64,000 bases of DNA from Candidatus Omnitrophota bacterium. Its GTDB lineage: Bacteria; Omnitrophota; Gorgyraeia; Gygaellales; Profunditerraquicolaceae. Below are positions 8,213 through 16,887 of the stretch, piece after piece. The translations under genes and the position numbers were made by a program. Positions within the stretch are counted from its first letter, which is position 1; each line of letters starts with the position of its first letter. The notes beneath the pieces are model-generated. The model did not search any database, was not told the DNA's origin, and saw only the letters and a list, made by a program, of their open reading frames with translations. The stretch spans positions 21,885 to 85,884 of the forward strand of contig JAQURC010000004.1 in NCBI GenBank assembly GCA_028715785.1, given 5' to 3'.

Positions 8213-9332
8213 ACTTATATTTTTTCAAAAATTCCACCAGCACTCTTGCGCCGTTATAAAGATTACCCAAATAGGCATACTCATCGGCAATATGCGCGCA
8301 GCCTTCTGTGCCAAAACCGGTGGCAATCGCCGGAATATTTCTTTCTTTAAAAAAACTTATTACGGTTGCCCCTTCCGAGCCGCTGATGCGCGGCTTGACC
8401 TTTAAACTTTTCATCGCCGAAACTAAACTGCTAACCAGAGGATGGCGCGGATCGATATAATAAGGTTTTTGAATCCCCTGGATTTCAATTTTAAAATTCT
8501 TAGTGTATTTGGCAATTGTTTTTCTTAAAGAGCTTAGGAGCGCTTTGGCAGAGGAGCCGGGGAGAAACCTGAAATCAAGCTCGAATTCGCACCAGTCGCT
8601 GACTACGTTAACCTTATCTCCGCCTTTAATTGTCCCGGTATTTATGGTCGGCTGATGCAGGTATTTATTTTTAGGAAAAATTTTGTTTTGTTTTTTAAGA
8701 TCGACGATTACCTTAGCCGCGATCTCGATGGCATTTACCCCTAACCAGGGATAGGCGCCGTGCGCTTTTTTACCGTAAATGCGCACCTTAAGATGCATCA
8801 GACCCTTCTGGGTAATTACGATTTCAAAGTTATCAGCATCTAAGACAACCGCGGCGTCGGCTTTTAAAATCCTGCGCTTAAGCAAGGGGACCAAACCTAA
8901 CCCTGAACCGCTCTCTTCATCGGCGGTGGCGGCAAAAATTAAATTATAATCAAGCCCGGCCTCATCTTCAACCAGCGCGTTAATTGCTTCCAGTAAACTG
9001 GCTAAATTCCCTTTGCAATCCGTTGCCCCTAAACCGTAAATTCTATTTCCGATAATTTTAGCACAAAACGGGGATTTCTTCCAGCTCTTGCCTGCCGGAA
9101 CAGTATCAAGATGCGGAGTAAGCAAAAGCGACTTGGCGCGATTTTTGCCTTCAAGGATAGCCAGGACATTCGCTCTTTTGCGGCCAAAGGCATAGGTTTT
9201 GACTTTTAAGCCCAGGGCCTTTAAATACCCGCCGACAAAACCGGCAACCCTGCTTTCATCCCCGGGCGGATTCTGGGAATCCAGGGAAATTAATTTTTGA
9301 ACGGTTTTTATCAAGCGTTTTTTATTGACCAT
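8202..9332 (-). CDS. M20-family metallohydrolase (ArgE/DapE-like peptidase or deacylase).
   Basis: LLTPHLDTVPAG matches the M20 zinc-binding motif, and GATDCKGN and the dimerisation domain are present. 376 aa. Confidence 0.75.
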   Translation of the reverse strand: MVNKKRLIKTVQKLISLDSQNPPGDESRVAGFVGGYLKALGLKVKTYAFGRKRANVLAILEGKNRAKSLLLTPHLDTVPAGKSWKKSPFCAKIIGNRIYGLGATDCKGNLASLLEAINALVEDEAGLDYNLIFAATADEESGSGLGLVPLLKRRILKADAAVVLDADNFEIVITQKGLMHLKVRIYGKKAHGAYPWLGVNAIEIAAKVIVDLKKQNKIFPKNKYLHQPTINTGTIKGGDKVNVVSDWCEFELDFRFLPGSSAKALLSSLRKTIAKYTKNFKIEIQGIQKPYYIDPRHPLVSSLVSAMKSLKVKPRISGSEGATVISFFKERNIPAIATGFGTEGCAHIADEYAYLGNLYNGARVLVEFLKKYKFDT

Positions 9333-9960
9333 GGAGCGGGCAAATTCCGCATTTAGGATCCTGCTTGCGGCAGTAATCCTTGGCTAATTTCACTAAAAGA
9401 GCGTGATACTCATTAAACAGTTTCGCATCCTTCTTAAGGTTAGACATAAAAATATCCTGCACTTGAGAATAATCGGCTGCTTCTTTGATTAATCCGTGCC
9501 GTAAAAATATCCTTTTGGTATAGGCATCGACGACAAATATGGGTTTATTTAAAGCGTAAAGCAATATGGAATCGGCGGTCTCCGGGCCGATGCCGTTTAC
9601 CGCCAGCAATTGCCTGCGCAGGCGCGTTAAATCCTGGGCAGCCATGGATTTAATTTTTGCCGCATAGTTATCCAAGAAAAATTTTAGGAAGCTTTTAAGC
9701 CGGGCCGCTTTAACATTATAATACCCGGCGCTCCTAATCAAACCGGCAAGCTTTTTTGGCTTAAGCCGATAAAGTTTCCGGGGGTTTAATAATTTCTTTT
9801 CTTTAAGGGCTGTAACTGCCTTTTCAACATTGGACCAATTGGTATTCTGGGTAAGGATTGCCCCCACCATCACTTCAAAAGCAGTATCGGCAGGCCACCA
9901 ATGCTGCGCTCCAAAGGCAGAATAAAGCCGCCTGAATATGCGGTTTAACTTATGCTTCAT
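9322..9960 (-). CDS. Endonuclease III-like HhH-GPD base-excision repair protein with a C-terminal 4Fe-4S Cys cluster.
   Basis: VMVGAILTQNTNWSNVEKA, the HhH motif LLAVNGIGPETADSIL, the catalytic-region VVDAYTKRIF and the C-terminal C-X6-C-X2-C-X5-C. Confidence 0.75.
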   Translation of the reverse strand: MKHKLNRIFRRLYSAFGAQHWWPADTAFEVMVGAILTQNTNWSNVEKAVTALKEKKLLNPRKLYRLKPKKLAGLIRSAGYYNVKAARLKSFLKFFLDNYAAKIKSMAAQDLTRLRRQLLAVNGIGPETADSILLYALNKPIFVVDAYTKRIFLRHGLIKEAADYSQVQDIFMSNLKKDAKLFNEYHALLVKLAKDYCRKQDPKCGICPLHGQ

Positions 9961-11897
9961 TCTTTAAGCTCTAAAGGATTAAAACCGTAATAGGCAAAAA
10001 GAGTATATGCCGTGCCGGAAACTGATCCGGTATGGCTGCCTTTAGGAGTCATCCAGCCGTGCCCGGTATCAACATGCTCTTGAGTAGCATAAGGCAGGCA
10101 GCCTTCTCCCTGCCCGGAGGGAGAAGAGCTGGAAATAACCATGTTCCCTAATTCACTCAGGTACATCTGCGCTTTTTTCCCATAATCAACCGCTTTAGGC
10201 ATATCCGCGCCGCCTTTAGAATAAAAATCTTCCATGATTTTATAAGACACGACCATCTGGGCAGTCCACTCCGAAGAAACCACGCCGCCGCGGGCTGTAT
10301 GCAGCTGCGGAGCAAAATCAAACCCTTTTATCTTTACGCTCTGGCCGTTTAAGCGCAGGAAATCCGCCTCAACCCCGCAATTCTCTTCGACAAACCCCAT
10401 AATTTTATCCGGATCCATCCCCAGCTCTTTGAGTTTCCGCGGGCCGATCGCGGCGATCGACCAGGCATAAGTATCCGTGGCAATAGTCGAATCCCCTTTA
10501 CCGCGCTTAACCGGCAGATCCGGCCGGTCATAGGTATGCTCAAGAAGCCAGGTGATCGTCTTTTGGCCGGCTTGCGCGTATTTTTTCTTCCCCGTAACCT
10601 TAGCCAGCATATTAAAAAACGCATAAGCATCGAGATTATGTTCCGTAGAATACCAATCTATTTCCGGGCCGCCGCGAAGGCCGCCGTCTGCATCCGCGTT
10701 CTGCAGGTCAATAATCGTTTGGGCGATACTTTCAGCTAACCCCAGATAACTCTTATCCTTACTACCCTGCATATACTGCATAATAGCCAGGCCTACCCAG
10801 AGATTGGGCCCGCTGTGCATGATAAATTCCGCCGGGGCTCCGTCATTGACATAATAGGCATTAAGGAACCAGCCATTTTCTCTTTTGGCCTTATGAGCAA
10901 AAAATTCCAGGATTTTTTTTGCGCGGTCAAAATCCCCAAAATAAGTATAGACCTGGATAAGCAAGGCCAGATCGTAAGTAAATGACCAGTTGGCAATATC
11001 TTGATCCCCTTCAAAACTCGATACCAGACCGGTGCGGTTATTCTGATGCACCTTAAGCCATTGGTACATCTTGTCAAAATTAGCTTTTTCAAGGACTACT
11101 TTCTTTTCATCTAACCGGGATAATTCTTTAACCGCGACATTTTCAGTGCGCAAGGCATCGGTTAATTTACTTTCTAAAACAAGTCTCTCCGCGGTTAAGG
11201 CGGCGATCGATTCGTTAAGCTGCTTGATCTGATTCAGATTACTTGCTTCGGTTTGGGCTTTTTGCGACTCAACAGATTTAATCCTCTCTTCTAAATCTTT
11301 CAGCCGCACCTGAAGGTCCTGCCGCTGCGCAACGATTTCCCCTATTTTTTGTTCGGCCAGGCGGGAATCTTTTAATACGCCGGCCAGCCTTTCAACCAGC
11401 AGCTTATTACTGCGGGTTAAGTTAAAATTCAGATAACTATTGATACCTAAAATTAAGGTGACGAATACAATCGCCGATAAAGCCACCGGAATAAAAAGCT
11501 TTTTTAACCAGGCATAGCGCATCAATTCATTATTCTGCTTGGCTGATATACGGTCATAATTTAATCCTACCTGGCATTTGCGCTTGCCTTCGGAGGTTTC
11601 TTTGAACCAGACAATACTGGCTTGGGCGGGAATCGATTTTTTACTAACGGGGATGTCGATCTCCAGTGATAATTTGCATTTCTTCTCTTTGATCAGCTTA
11701 AGCATCTCCGGGCCGATATTATTGATGAAAAGGCAGATGCCGCCGCGGCCGATATTATTCGTAAAGCCCTGCAGCCAGCTGGAAAGAAAAGTCTTACCAT
11801 CCAGGTCCTCCAGGCGAAACTGCACCGGAAACACCGTATCCAAACGCAGGTATTTACGCTGCTCTACTGCCGGCTTTATTTTATTTTTAAATGACAT
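9957..11897 (-). CDS. Multidomain protein: N-terminal PilZ domain, one TM helix, a long coiled coil, and a C-terminal (alpha/alpha)-toroid glycoside-hydrolase-like domain.
   Basis: PilZ motifs RKYLRLDTVFPVQF and NIGRGGICL. Hydrophobic segment LFIPVALSAIVFVTLILGI. Heptad-rich region 170-290. The C-terminal 350 aa are Trp/Tyr-rich, which suggests a six-hairpin glycosidase-like fold. Confidence 0.55.
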   Translation of the reverse strand: MSFKNKIKPAVEQRKYLRLDTVFPVQFRLEDLDGKTFLSSWLQGFTNNIGRGGICLFINNIGPEMLKLIKEKKCKLSLEIDIPVSKKSIPAQASIVWFKETSEGKRKCQVGLNYDRISAKQNNELMRYAWLKKLFIPVALSAIVFVTLILGINSYLNFNLTRSNKLLVERLAGVLKDSRLAEQKIGEIVAQRQDLQVRLKDLEERIKSVESQKAQTEASNLNQIKQLNESIAALTAERLVLESKLTDALRTENVAVKELSRLDEKKVVLEKANFDKMYQWLKVHQNNRTGLVSSFEGDQDIANWSFTYDLALLIQVYTYFGDFDRAKKILEFFAHKAKRENGWFLNAYYVNDGAPAEFIMHSGPNLWVGLAIMQYMQGSKDKSYLGLAESIAQTIIDLQNADADGGLRGGPEIDWYSTEHNLDAYAFFNMLAKVTGKKKYAQAGQKTITWLLEHTYDRPDLPVKRGKGDSTIATDTYAWSIAAIGPRKLKELGMDPDKIMGFVEENCGVEADFLRLNGQSVKIKGFDFAPQLHTARGGVVSSEWTAQMVVSYKIMEDFYSKGGADMPKAVDYGKKAQMYLSELGNMVISSSSPSGQGEGCLPYATQEHVDTGHGWMTPKGSHTGSVSGTAYTLFAYYGFNPLELKE

Positions 11898-11983
11898 TGG
11901 CTCTCCTAAACCGAGAAAATCATTCTTTAAAAAACTCGCGAATTATATTTTATAACAAATGGCGGTTAATGCAATGTGAATTG

Positions 11984-12571
11984 TTAGGCGGGCTTAAAAG
12001 CAAAAAGGCTGGAGAAGCTGGTAAAACCGGTAATACCTTTTTGCGCGCAGATGATTTTAAGCCTGGTAAAAACCTCCCAGGTCATCTCCACGTCGGAAAG
12101 GGCCCGGTGCTCTTGTTTTGCCTCCACTCCCAGCTTCTGCGCTACAAACCAAAGCGCGTAGCGGGGCAGATCCGGCATGAGCCTTTTGGCCATGGCCAAC
12201 ACGTCAAAAACAGCGATATTATCAATTGCAGGGAAGTCGATCAACTTAAGTTCACTATTCAAAAAACTTAAATCAAATCCCGCGTTGTAGGAGCAAAGGC
12301 AGCTGCCGGCAATAAAATCTAAAAACTTGGGCATTACTGTCTCTGTGGCCGGGGCGTCTTTTAACATCTCCGGAGTGATTTTATTTACGGCAAAAGCCTC
12401 GGGAGAAACCGGCCGGCCAGGATTGACTAAAGCATCAAATACAGCTAACCTCTGTTTGCCCTTGACCCGCAAGGCCGCCAGCTCAACAATACGGTCTCCG
12501 GCATCAGGATACAAACCGGTGGTCTCGGTATCAAATATGCTAAATTCTACTTCATCGATATCTTCAGGCAT
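11984..12571 (-). CDS. DnaQ-like 3'-5' exonuclease (DEDDh family).
   Basis: Exo I motif FSIFDTETTGL and Exo III region with HRALSDV. 195 aa. Confidence 0.8.
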   Translation of the reverse strand: MPEDIDEVEFSIFDTETTGLYPDAGDRIVELAALRVKGKQRLAVFDALVNPGRPVSPEAFAVNKITPEMLKDAPATETVMPKFLDFIAGSCLCSYNAGFDLSFLNSELKLIDFPAIDNIAVFDVLAMAKRLMPDLPRYALWFVAQKLGVEAKQEHRALSDVEMTWEVFTRLKIICAQKGITGFTSFSSLFAFKPA

Positions 12572-13460
12572 CGCCTGTTACGATATAGGCCGGAATTAAA
12601 CGCCTGGGCTTATAAGACAGCTTCACTTGGCGTAAATTCTCTAAACCTGAATCGTCCATAATATTAATATACTTATAATCTTCTAATTCCCGGCAAAACC
12701 GGCGAAAAATAAATTGCGCCAACCCTTTAACCGAAAGATCGGTTATTTCATAAAGGATGCAAAATGTATCGCTATTTAACCGGTACCCAAAACTAAAGGC
12801 TTTGATTTTTTTATCGCTCCTGACGACAATACCTTCTAAGCCCAGCTGTTTATAATTATCAAGCGCCTCTTTAATTACCTTGCGGTTGTCCTCAAGCATG
12901 CCGCGATAAAGATCGTCGCTGGATTGTGTTTTGCGCAGCGCCGCCCAGGAATTAAACAAACTTAAGCAACTGTCTTTATCCGCCAACTTCAACTTGCGCC
13001 AGTCAAAATCATAGTGTTTGATGAAATAATTACAGGAGGCGCGCTGGGATTTAAATTTATTCCCCCGTAGAAGCGCCAAATCGTCCTTTAAACAAAGGTA
13101 GTCGGGGTATTTCTCGCGGCCAAGATATCCTAAAGCACGATAATACTCCAAATCCCCCTCTTCAATATTTTCAATACGGCTGATATCTTTATTTTTATTA
13201 ATACTATCCATGACCGCAAAGGCCTGTTTTACAACTTGCGGCCTCTTTTCTTTTGCCAGCGGCCCCAGATACATAAAACAGCCGGTCTGATCGCGAAAAA
13301 ATACACAGAGGCTATTTTCAATAACAACCCAGCCGATATCATAGAGGGAGCGCCAGATGTAGATATTGGCAAAAGAGTAGGCTGCCAGCTCATGCGGGGC
13401 TAAAGCGAGATACCGGTTAAACAGCCTATGGTCTTTTAAAATTAATCTATTTAGTTTCAT
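12564..13460 (-). CDS. Stand-alone DUF2156-like protein. This is the MprF C-terminal domain type, a GNAT-fold putative aminoacyl-tRNA-dependent transferase.
   Basis: FANIYIW and LRGNKFKSQRASCNYFIKHY resemble the conserved segments of the phosphatidylglycerol lysyltransferase C-terminal domain. The start is taken as MKLNRL at 13460. The family assignment is unverified. Confidence 0.45.
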   Translation of the reverse strand: MKLNRLILKDHRLFNRYLALAPHELAAYSFANIYIWRSLYDIGWVVIENSLCVFFRDQTGCFMYLGPLAKEKRPQVVKQAFAVMDSINKNKDISRIENIEEGDLEYYRALGYLGREKYPDYLCLKDDLALLRGNKFKSQRASCNYFIKHYDFDWRKLKLADKDSCLSLFNSWAALRKTQSSDDLYRGMLEDNRKVIKEALDNYKQLGLEGIVVRSDKKIKAFSFGYRLNSDTFCILYEITDLSVKGLAQFIFRRFCRELEDYKYINIMDDSGLENLRQVKLSYKPRRLIPAYIVTGDA

Positions 13461-13471
13461 GATGATGAAAC

Positions 13472-13535
13472 GGGACGTCCTCAAAAGGGACACCCTGCTA
13501 TATGTTACAAGGGTGTCCCCGCGGAGGACGTCCCC
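13472..13535 (-). other. Large nested perfect hairpin. It spans the stop codon of the YkgJ-like gene and ends 12 nt before the DUF2156 start.
   Basis: The outer stem GGGACGTCCTC / GAGGACGTCCC is 11 bp. The inner stem GGGACACCC / GGGTGTCCC is 9 bp. The 15-nt loop contains the TAA stop at 13505-13507. Confidence 0.7.
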
Positions 13536-14032
13536 TTCTTCAGGTTCAACTCAGCGACCTCGCGTACCTCTTCATAGGCCTGGATGACCTGGGGGTTATC
13601 TTTGAGCATTTTTAGCACTTGCGGAGAATTAAGATAATTAGTCAGATAAATAATATAATCTTTGGCCTCCTGGCTGTTTATTTTTTCAGAGACGTAAGGG
13701 CAATTCAAATCAACGGTTAAGAGCACTTTTCCTTTGCGTAAATTAATCAAAAAGGGATAAAGCTGGCATTCAAACGGCCGGATATCGTAGATTTTGCATT
13801 TATTGTCTGTGCTGCCTAAAAACGGGCAGATAAAATCCGCGCCATCGGGATTAGGGATAAGGTGCAGGCGCCGGTTAATAGAAATAGAGGCGGCCGGGAT
13901 ACCTTTTTTATCCAATAACTCCTGGATCTCCTCGTCCAGAAGGCAGGGGCTCCATACGGAATCTGCTTCTTTAAACCTGCAGCAGCCGCGGCATTTGATG
14001 CAAAACTCCTGCGGGACGAATTGTTTGATCAT
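13505..14032 (-). CDS. YkgJ-family Cys-cluster protein (putative Fe-S or zinc-binding, CxxCxxCC).
   Basis: N-terminal CIKCRGCCRF with additional conserved Cys residues. 175 aa. Confidence 0.6.
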   Translation of the reverse strand: MIKQFVPQEFCIKCRGCCRFKEADSVWSPCLLDEEIQELLDKKGIPAASISINRRLHLIPNPDGADFICPFLGSTDNKCKIYDIRPFECQLYPFLINLRKGKVLLTVDLNCPYVSEKINSQEAKDYIIYLTNYLNSPQVLKMLKDNPQVIQAYEEVREVAELNLKKGTSSAGTPL

Positions 14033-14370
14033 TTTACAATGCTCCCCGGCTTTAATTTTTTATCCGGGCTGACTACTGCCAGCGTGTTTTCATCCGAACC
14101 GGCCAGAATCATACCCTGGCTTTCTACCCCGCGCAAAACTACCGGATCTAAATTATCGACCAAGACTACCTGCTTGCCGATTAATTCTTCTTTTGAATAG
14201 AAAGCCTTGATCCCGGCAACTACCTGCTTTTGCCTGCCGCCTAAATCCAGGGTTAAAATTAATAATTTGTCCGCGTTGGGATGGTCATTAACTTCTTTTA
14301 TTTCCGCTATCCTTAATTCTAACTTTCTAAAATCATCGATGGTTGCCATTTTCTCCTCCGTTCCAGGCAA
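14029..14370 (-). CDS. tRNA-binding domain protein (CsaA / Trbp111 / MetRS C-terminal-like).
   Basis: DFRKLELRIAEIKEVNDHPNADKLLILTLDLGGRQKQVVAGI...GMILAG matches the OB-fold tRNA-binding domain. Confidence 0.75.
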   Translation of the reverse strand: MPGTEEKMATIDDFRKLELRIAEIKEVNDHPNADKLLILTLDLGGRQKQVVAGIKAFYSKEELIGKQVVLVDNLDPVVLRGVESQGMILAGSDENTLAVVSPDKKLKPGSIVK

Positions 14371-14431
14371 GAAATAAAACTTGAGGCTATGATATCACTA
14401 CCGGCAGGAAAACTCAAGATAAAGTACTGAA

Positions 14432-14674
14432 TCAGGCGGTTGCCCGTACAAAAATACACCCCGCCAACTCCTTATCCGCCGCAAATTGCGATTGCCCGAT
14501 TTGAAAAACATAGGAAGGAAATTTCTGGATCAACACTATTGACATTCCGGCTAAAACCCCCATCGCCGCAAGTTTTTGGAGTTTCTTATGGTCCTTGGTA
14601 TGGATATAAGCAACTTTGGCTTTTTGGTTTACCTGCAAATTGACAAGAGAAGAAGTAACATCACTTATTTTCAT
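14432..14674 (-). CDS. feoA: Ferrous iron transport protein FeoA.
   Basis: Small SH3-like protein: LQVNQKAKVAYI...KLAAMGVLAGMSIVLIQK. The probable start is the Met at 14674. Confidence 0.7.
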   Translation of the reverse strand: MKISDVTSSLVNLQVNQKAKVAYIHTKDHKKLQKLAAMGVLAGMSIVLIQKFPSYVFQIGQSQFAADKELAGCIFVRATA

Positions 14675-14843
14675 CGGGTTTGCTTCCTTTCTTAAAATAC
14701 TCCGGCCATTTTGGCTTTGGCGGCGTCTCAAAACCGCAATTCGGGCATCTAATAAGCTTGCAACCTTTCATAACAGGGCAACTTTTGCAGGCTTCTTCTG
14801 CCTTTTTCTCGTTAAATTCATATCCGCATAAACTACATTTCAT
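14661..14843 (-). CDS. Small Cys-rich zinc-ribbon protein (60 aa) inside the feo operon. It may be FeoC-like or a FeoB-associated Cys-rich protein.
   Basis: MKCSLCGYEFNEKKAEEACKSCPVMKGCKLIRCPNCGF carries CxxC, CxxC and CxxC pairs. Its ATG overlaps the feoB stop in an ATGA arrangement. It falls below the ORF-track length cutoff as an independent start. Confidence 0.5.
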   Translation of the reverse strand: MKCSLCGYEFNEKKAEEACKSCPVMKGCKLIRCPNCGFETPPKPKWPEYFKKGSKPDENK

Positions 14844-16288
14844 AGGCTGATTCCCAAAATATTTAATATAAGATTCATTATAAATCCTGCGGTAAACGAG
14901 AAAAGCAGGATAAAGACTGAAATCCCCACACCGGTTTTCCAGCCCCTTTCTTTCACATTCATCAAAAATTGCGCGATACAAGGCAAAAACAATGTCAAAG
15001 TTACGCAGGCCACGACCAGCTGATTGCCGGTAAATAACCCCGCCTTTTTAATATCATACAGCCCGCCGGCGCCATAATCTCTCCTAAAGAATCCGAATAA
15101 GAAGGCAACCGCGGTTTTATCCGGCAAGCCAATCCAGCGGATAGGGTATTCTAAAATTTTGGTAAGCAAGCTAAACAGGCCCGTGATCTGGCCGATCCAG
15201 ATCATCATACTTGCCAATATAAACATGGGGAATATCTCCATAAAATACCATTTGACTCTCGTATAGGTTTTGATAAACACATTGGATAATTTAGGCAGCC
15301 GCAGAGGCGGGATTTCCATATAAAACGACGGCGAATCTCCCGGCAACACCTTGGAAGAAAGGAACCCTATTAAAACAAAAACCAATCCTACCACCCCTGC
15401 CCAGATCCACAATCCCTTGCTATTTCCTTCTAGCAAAGAAAGAATTACCCCCAACTGCGCTGCGCAAGGAATGGCTAAAGCGAGCAAAATAGTAGCAATA
15501 ATTCTTTCCCTTTTTGTAGGAAGTGTCCGGGTAACCATTGTCGCCATCGTATCGCACCCCAAGCCAAGGACCATGGGTATTACCGCCCTTCCGGTTAAGC
15601 CAATTTTTTTAAAAATCCTGTCTATCAATAAGGCCAGGCGCGGCAGATAACCCGTATCCTCGATAATTGCAAAGGCGATAAAGAACGTTGTGACGATAGG
15701 TAATATCAAAGCTACGGCATAACGCAGGCCTAAAGTGATCATCCCGTATTCACCCACAAATAATTCACGGAACAAATGCCGGGGGATAATTGAGCTGACT
15801 ACTTGCGTTATCCAGGGATTGATATGATTTTCAAAGATATCTGTCTCAATGAAATCAACCACTGTGCCTGCGCCAAATTCACCCACAAATTTATAGATAC
15901 CACAATAAAGTATTACCAGCAAAATAGGTATGCCCGTAACAGGATTTATCATTACCCTGCTAAGTTTTTCCTTAAACGGCAATCCGGGCTTCGGCAAGTG
16001 CTCTATGGCTCCACTTACAATACTACTTGCTTCCTCCTGCCTGCGTTGAGAAATTATATAAGAAAGCGGCTCCTGAAAATGCGTTTTGGCATGATTTACG
16101 ATTTCCATAATCTGGGCAAAGCTTTCCGCTTCGCTGGATTTCACCAGCGACATAATCTCCTCATCCTCCTGAAGCAACAATAGGCCGATAGAACGCTTAG
16201 AGATGCCGTGGTCCGCTCCTAGTAAATTTTCTATCTTCTCCAAAGAGTTTTCTAAGATATCGCCGGGGTATTTACATGTTTCTGACAT
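14840..16288 (-). CDS. feoB: FeoB C-terminal part (helical GDI-like domain plus polytopic membrane permease), encoded as a separate gene.
   Basis: Gate-motif membrane core with multiple TM segments. It has its own SD GGGAGG 8 nt upstream of the ATG at 16288, and it overlaps the end of the G-domain gene by 17 nt in a different frame. Confidence 0.8.
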   Translation of the reverse strand: MSETCKYPGDILENSLEKIENLLGADHGISKRSIGLLLLQEDEEIMSLVKSSEAESFAQIMEIVNHAKTHFQEPLSYIISQRRQEEASSIVSGAIEHLPKPGLPFKEKLSRVMINPVTGIPILLVILYCGIYKFVGEFGAGTVVDFIETDIFENHINPWITQVVSSIIPRHLFRELFVGEYGMITLGLRYAVALILPIVTTFFIAFAIIEDTGYLPRLALLIDRIFKKIGLTGRAVIPMVLGLGCDTMATMVTRTLPTKRERIIATILLALAIPCAAQLGVILSLLEGNSKGLWIWAGVVGLVFVLIGFLSSKVLPGDSPSFYMEIPPLRLPKLSNVFIKTYTRVKWYFMEIFPMFILASMMIWIGQITGLFSLLTKILEYPIRWIGLPDKTAVAFLFGFFRRDYGAGGLYDIKKAGLFTGNQLVVACVTLTLFLPCIAQFLMNVKERGWKTGVGISVFILLFSFTAGFIMNLILNILGISL

Positions 16289-16850
16289 ATTCTTCAATCC
16301 TCCCTTTCAAGATATCTATGCCTCTGCCTGTGGTCGAGACGGTGGAAACAACAGGAACTTTTAAATCTTTTTCTAAATGCTGCGAGTTTATTTTCATGCC
16401 GATTTTTTCCGCCTCATCGATAATATTCAAAACCAGCACGACCTTAAGTTTGGCCTCGATTAACTGTAATGTAAGGGGCAGCATTCTCTCTAAGTTTTTG
16501 GCATCAACGATATGGATGATGATATCGGGTTTTTCTTCAATCAATATATTCCTGGCCACCCGCTCCTCTTCGGTAATCGGCAGCAATGAATACATGCCCG
16601 GTGTATCGATAACCTCAAGTTCCCTGTCGCCTATTCTGGTTTTTCCTCTGGCTACTTCAACTGTAGTCCCCGGATAATTGGATACCGTAACATATGCCCC
16701 TGTCAGGCGGTTAAACATAACAGATTTACCGACGTTAGGGCTGCCCACAATCGCAATTTTACTCAAATTACCCCTAATCTCTCCCCCTTTCTTGCCGCAA
16801 CAAGAACCTGTTGGCTTAAATCCTTTAAATAATTTGTTAACAAAATCCAT
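16272..16850 (-). CDS. feoB: FeoB N-terminal GTPase (G) domain, encoded as a separate gene.
   Basis: G1 GSPNVGKS, G2 PGTT, G3 DTPG and G4 NIID. An SD GGAG precedes the Met at 16850. The ORF ends exactly at the G-domain / helical-domain boundary. Confidence 0.8.
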   Translation of the reverse strand: MDFVNKLFKGFKPTGSCCGKKGGEIRGNLSKIAIVGSPNVGKSVMFNRLTGAYVTVSNYPGTTVEVARGKTRIGDRELEVIDTPGMYSLLPITEEERVARNILIEEKPDIIIHIVDAKNLERMLPLTLQLIEAKLKVVLVLNIIDEAEKIGMKINSQHLEKDLKVPVVSTVSTTGRGIDILKGRIEEYVRNM

Positions 16851-16887
16851 TGGGGTCTCCTCTCTCTTTTTCGTTCTAAAATAAGCC

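Noticed and set aside
16270-16300. feoB split as a sequencing frameshift artefact.
   Set aside because: The second ORF has its own strong SD (GGGAGG) and ATG at optimal spacing, and the split falls precisely at a domain boundary. A genuine split is favoured, but it cannot be proven without reads.
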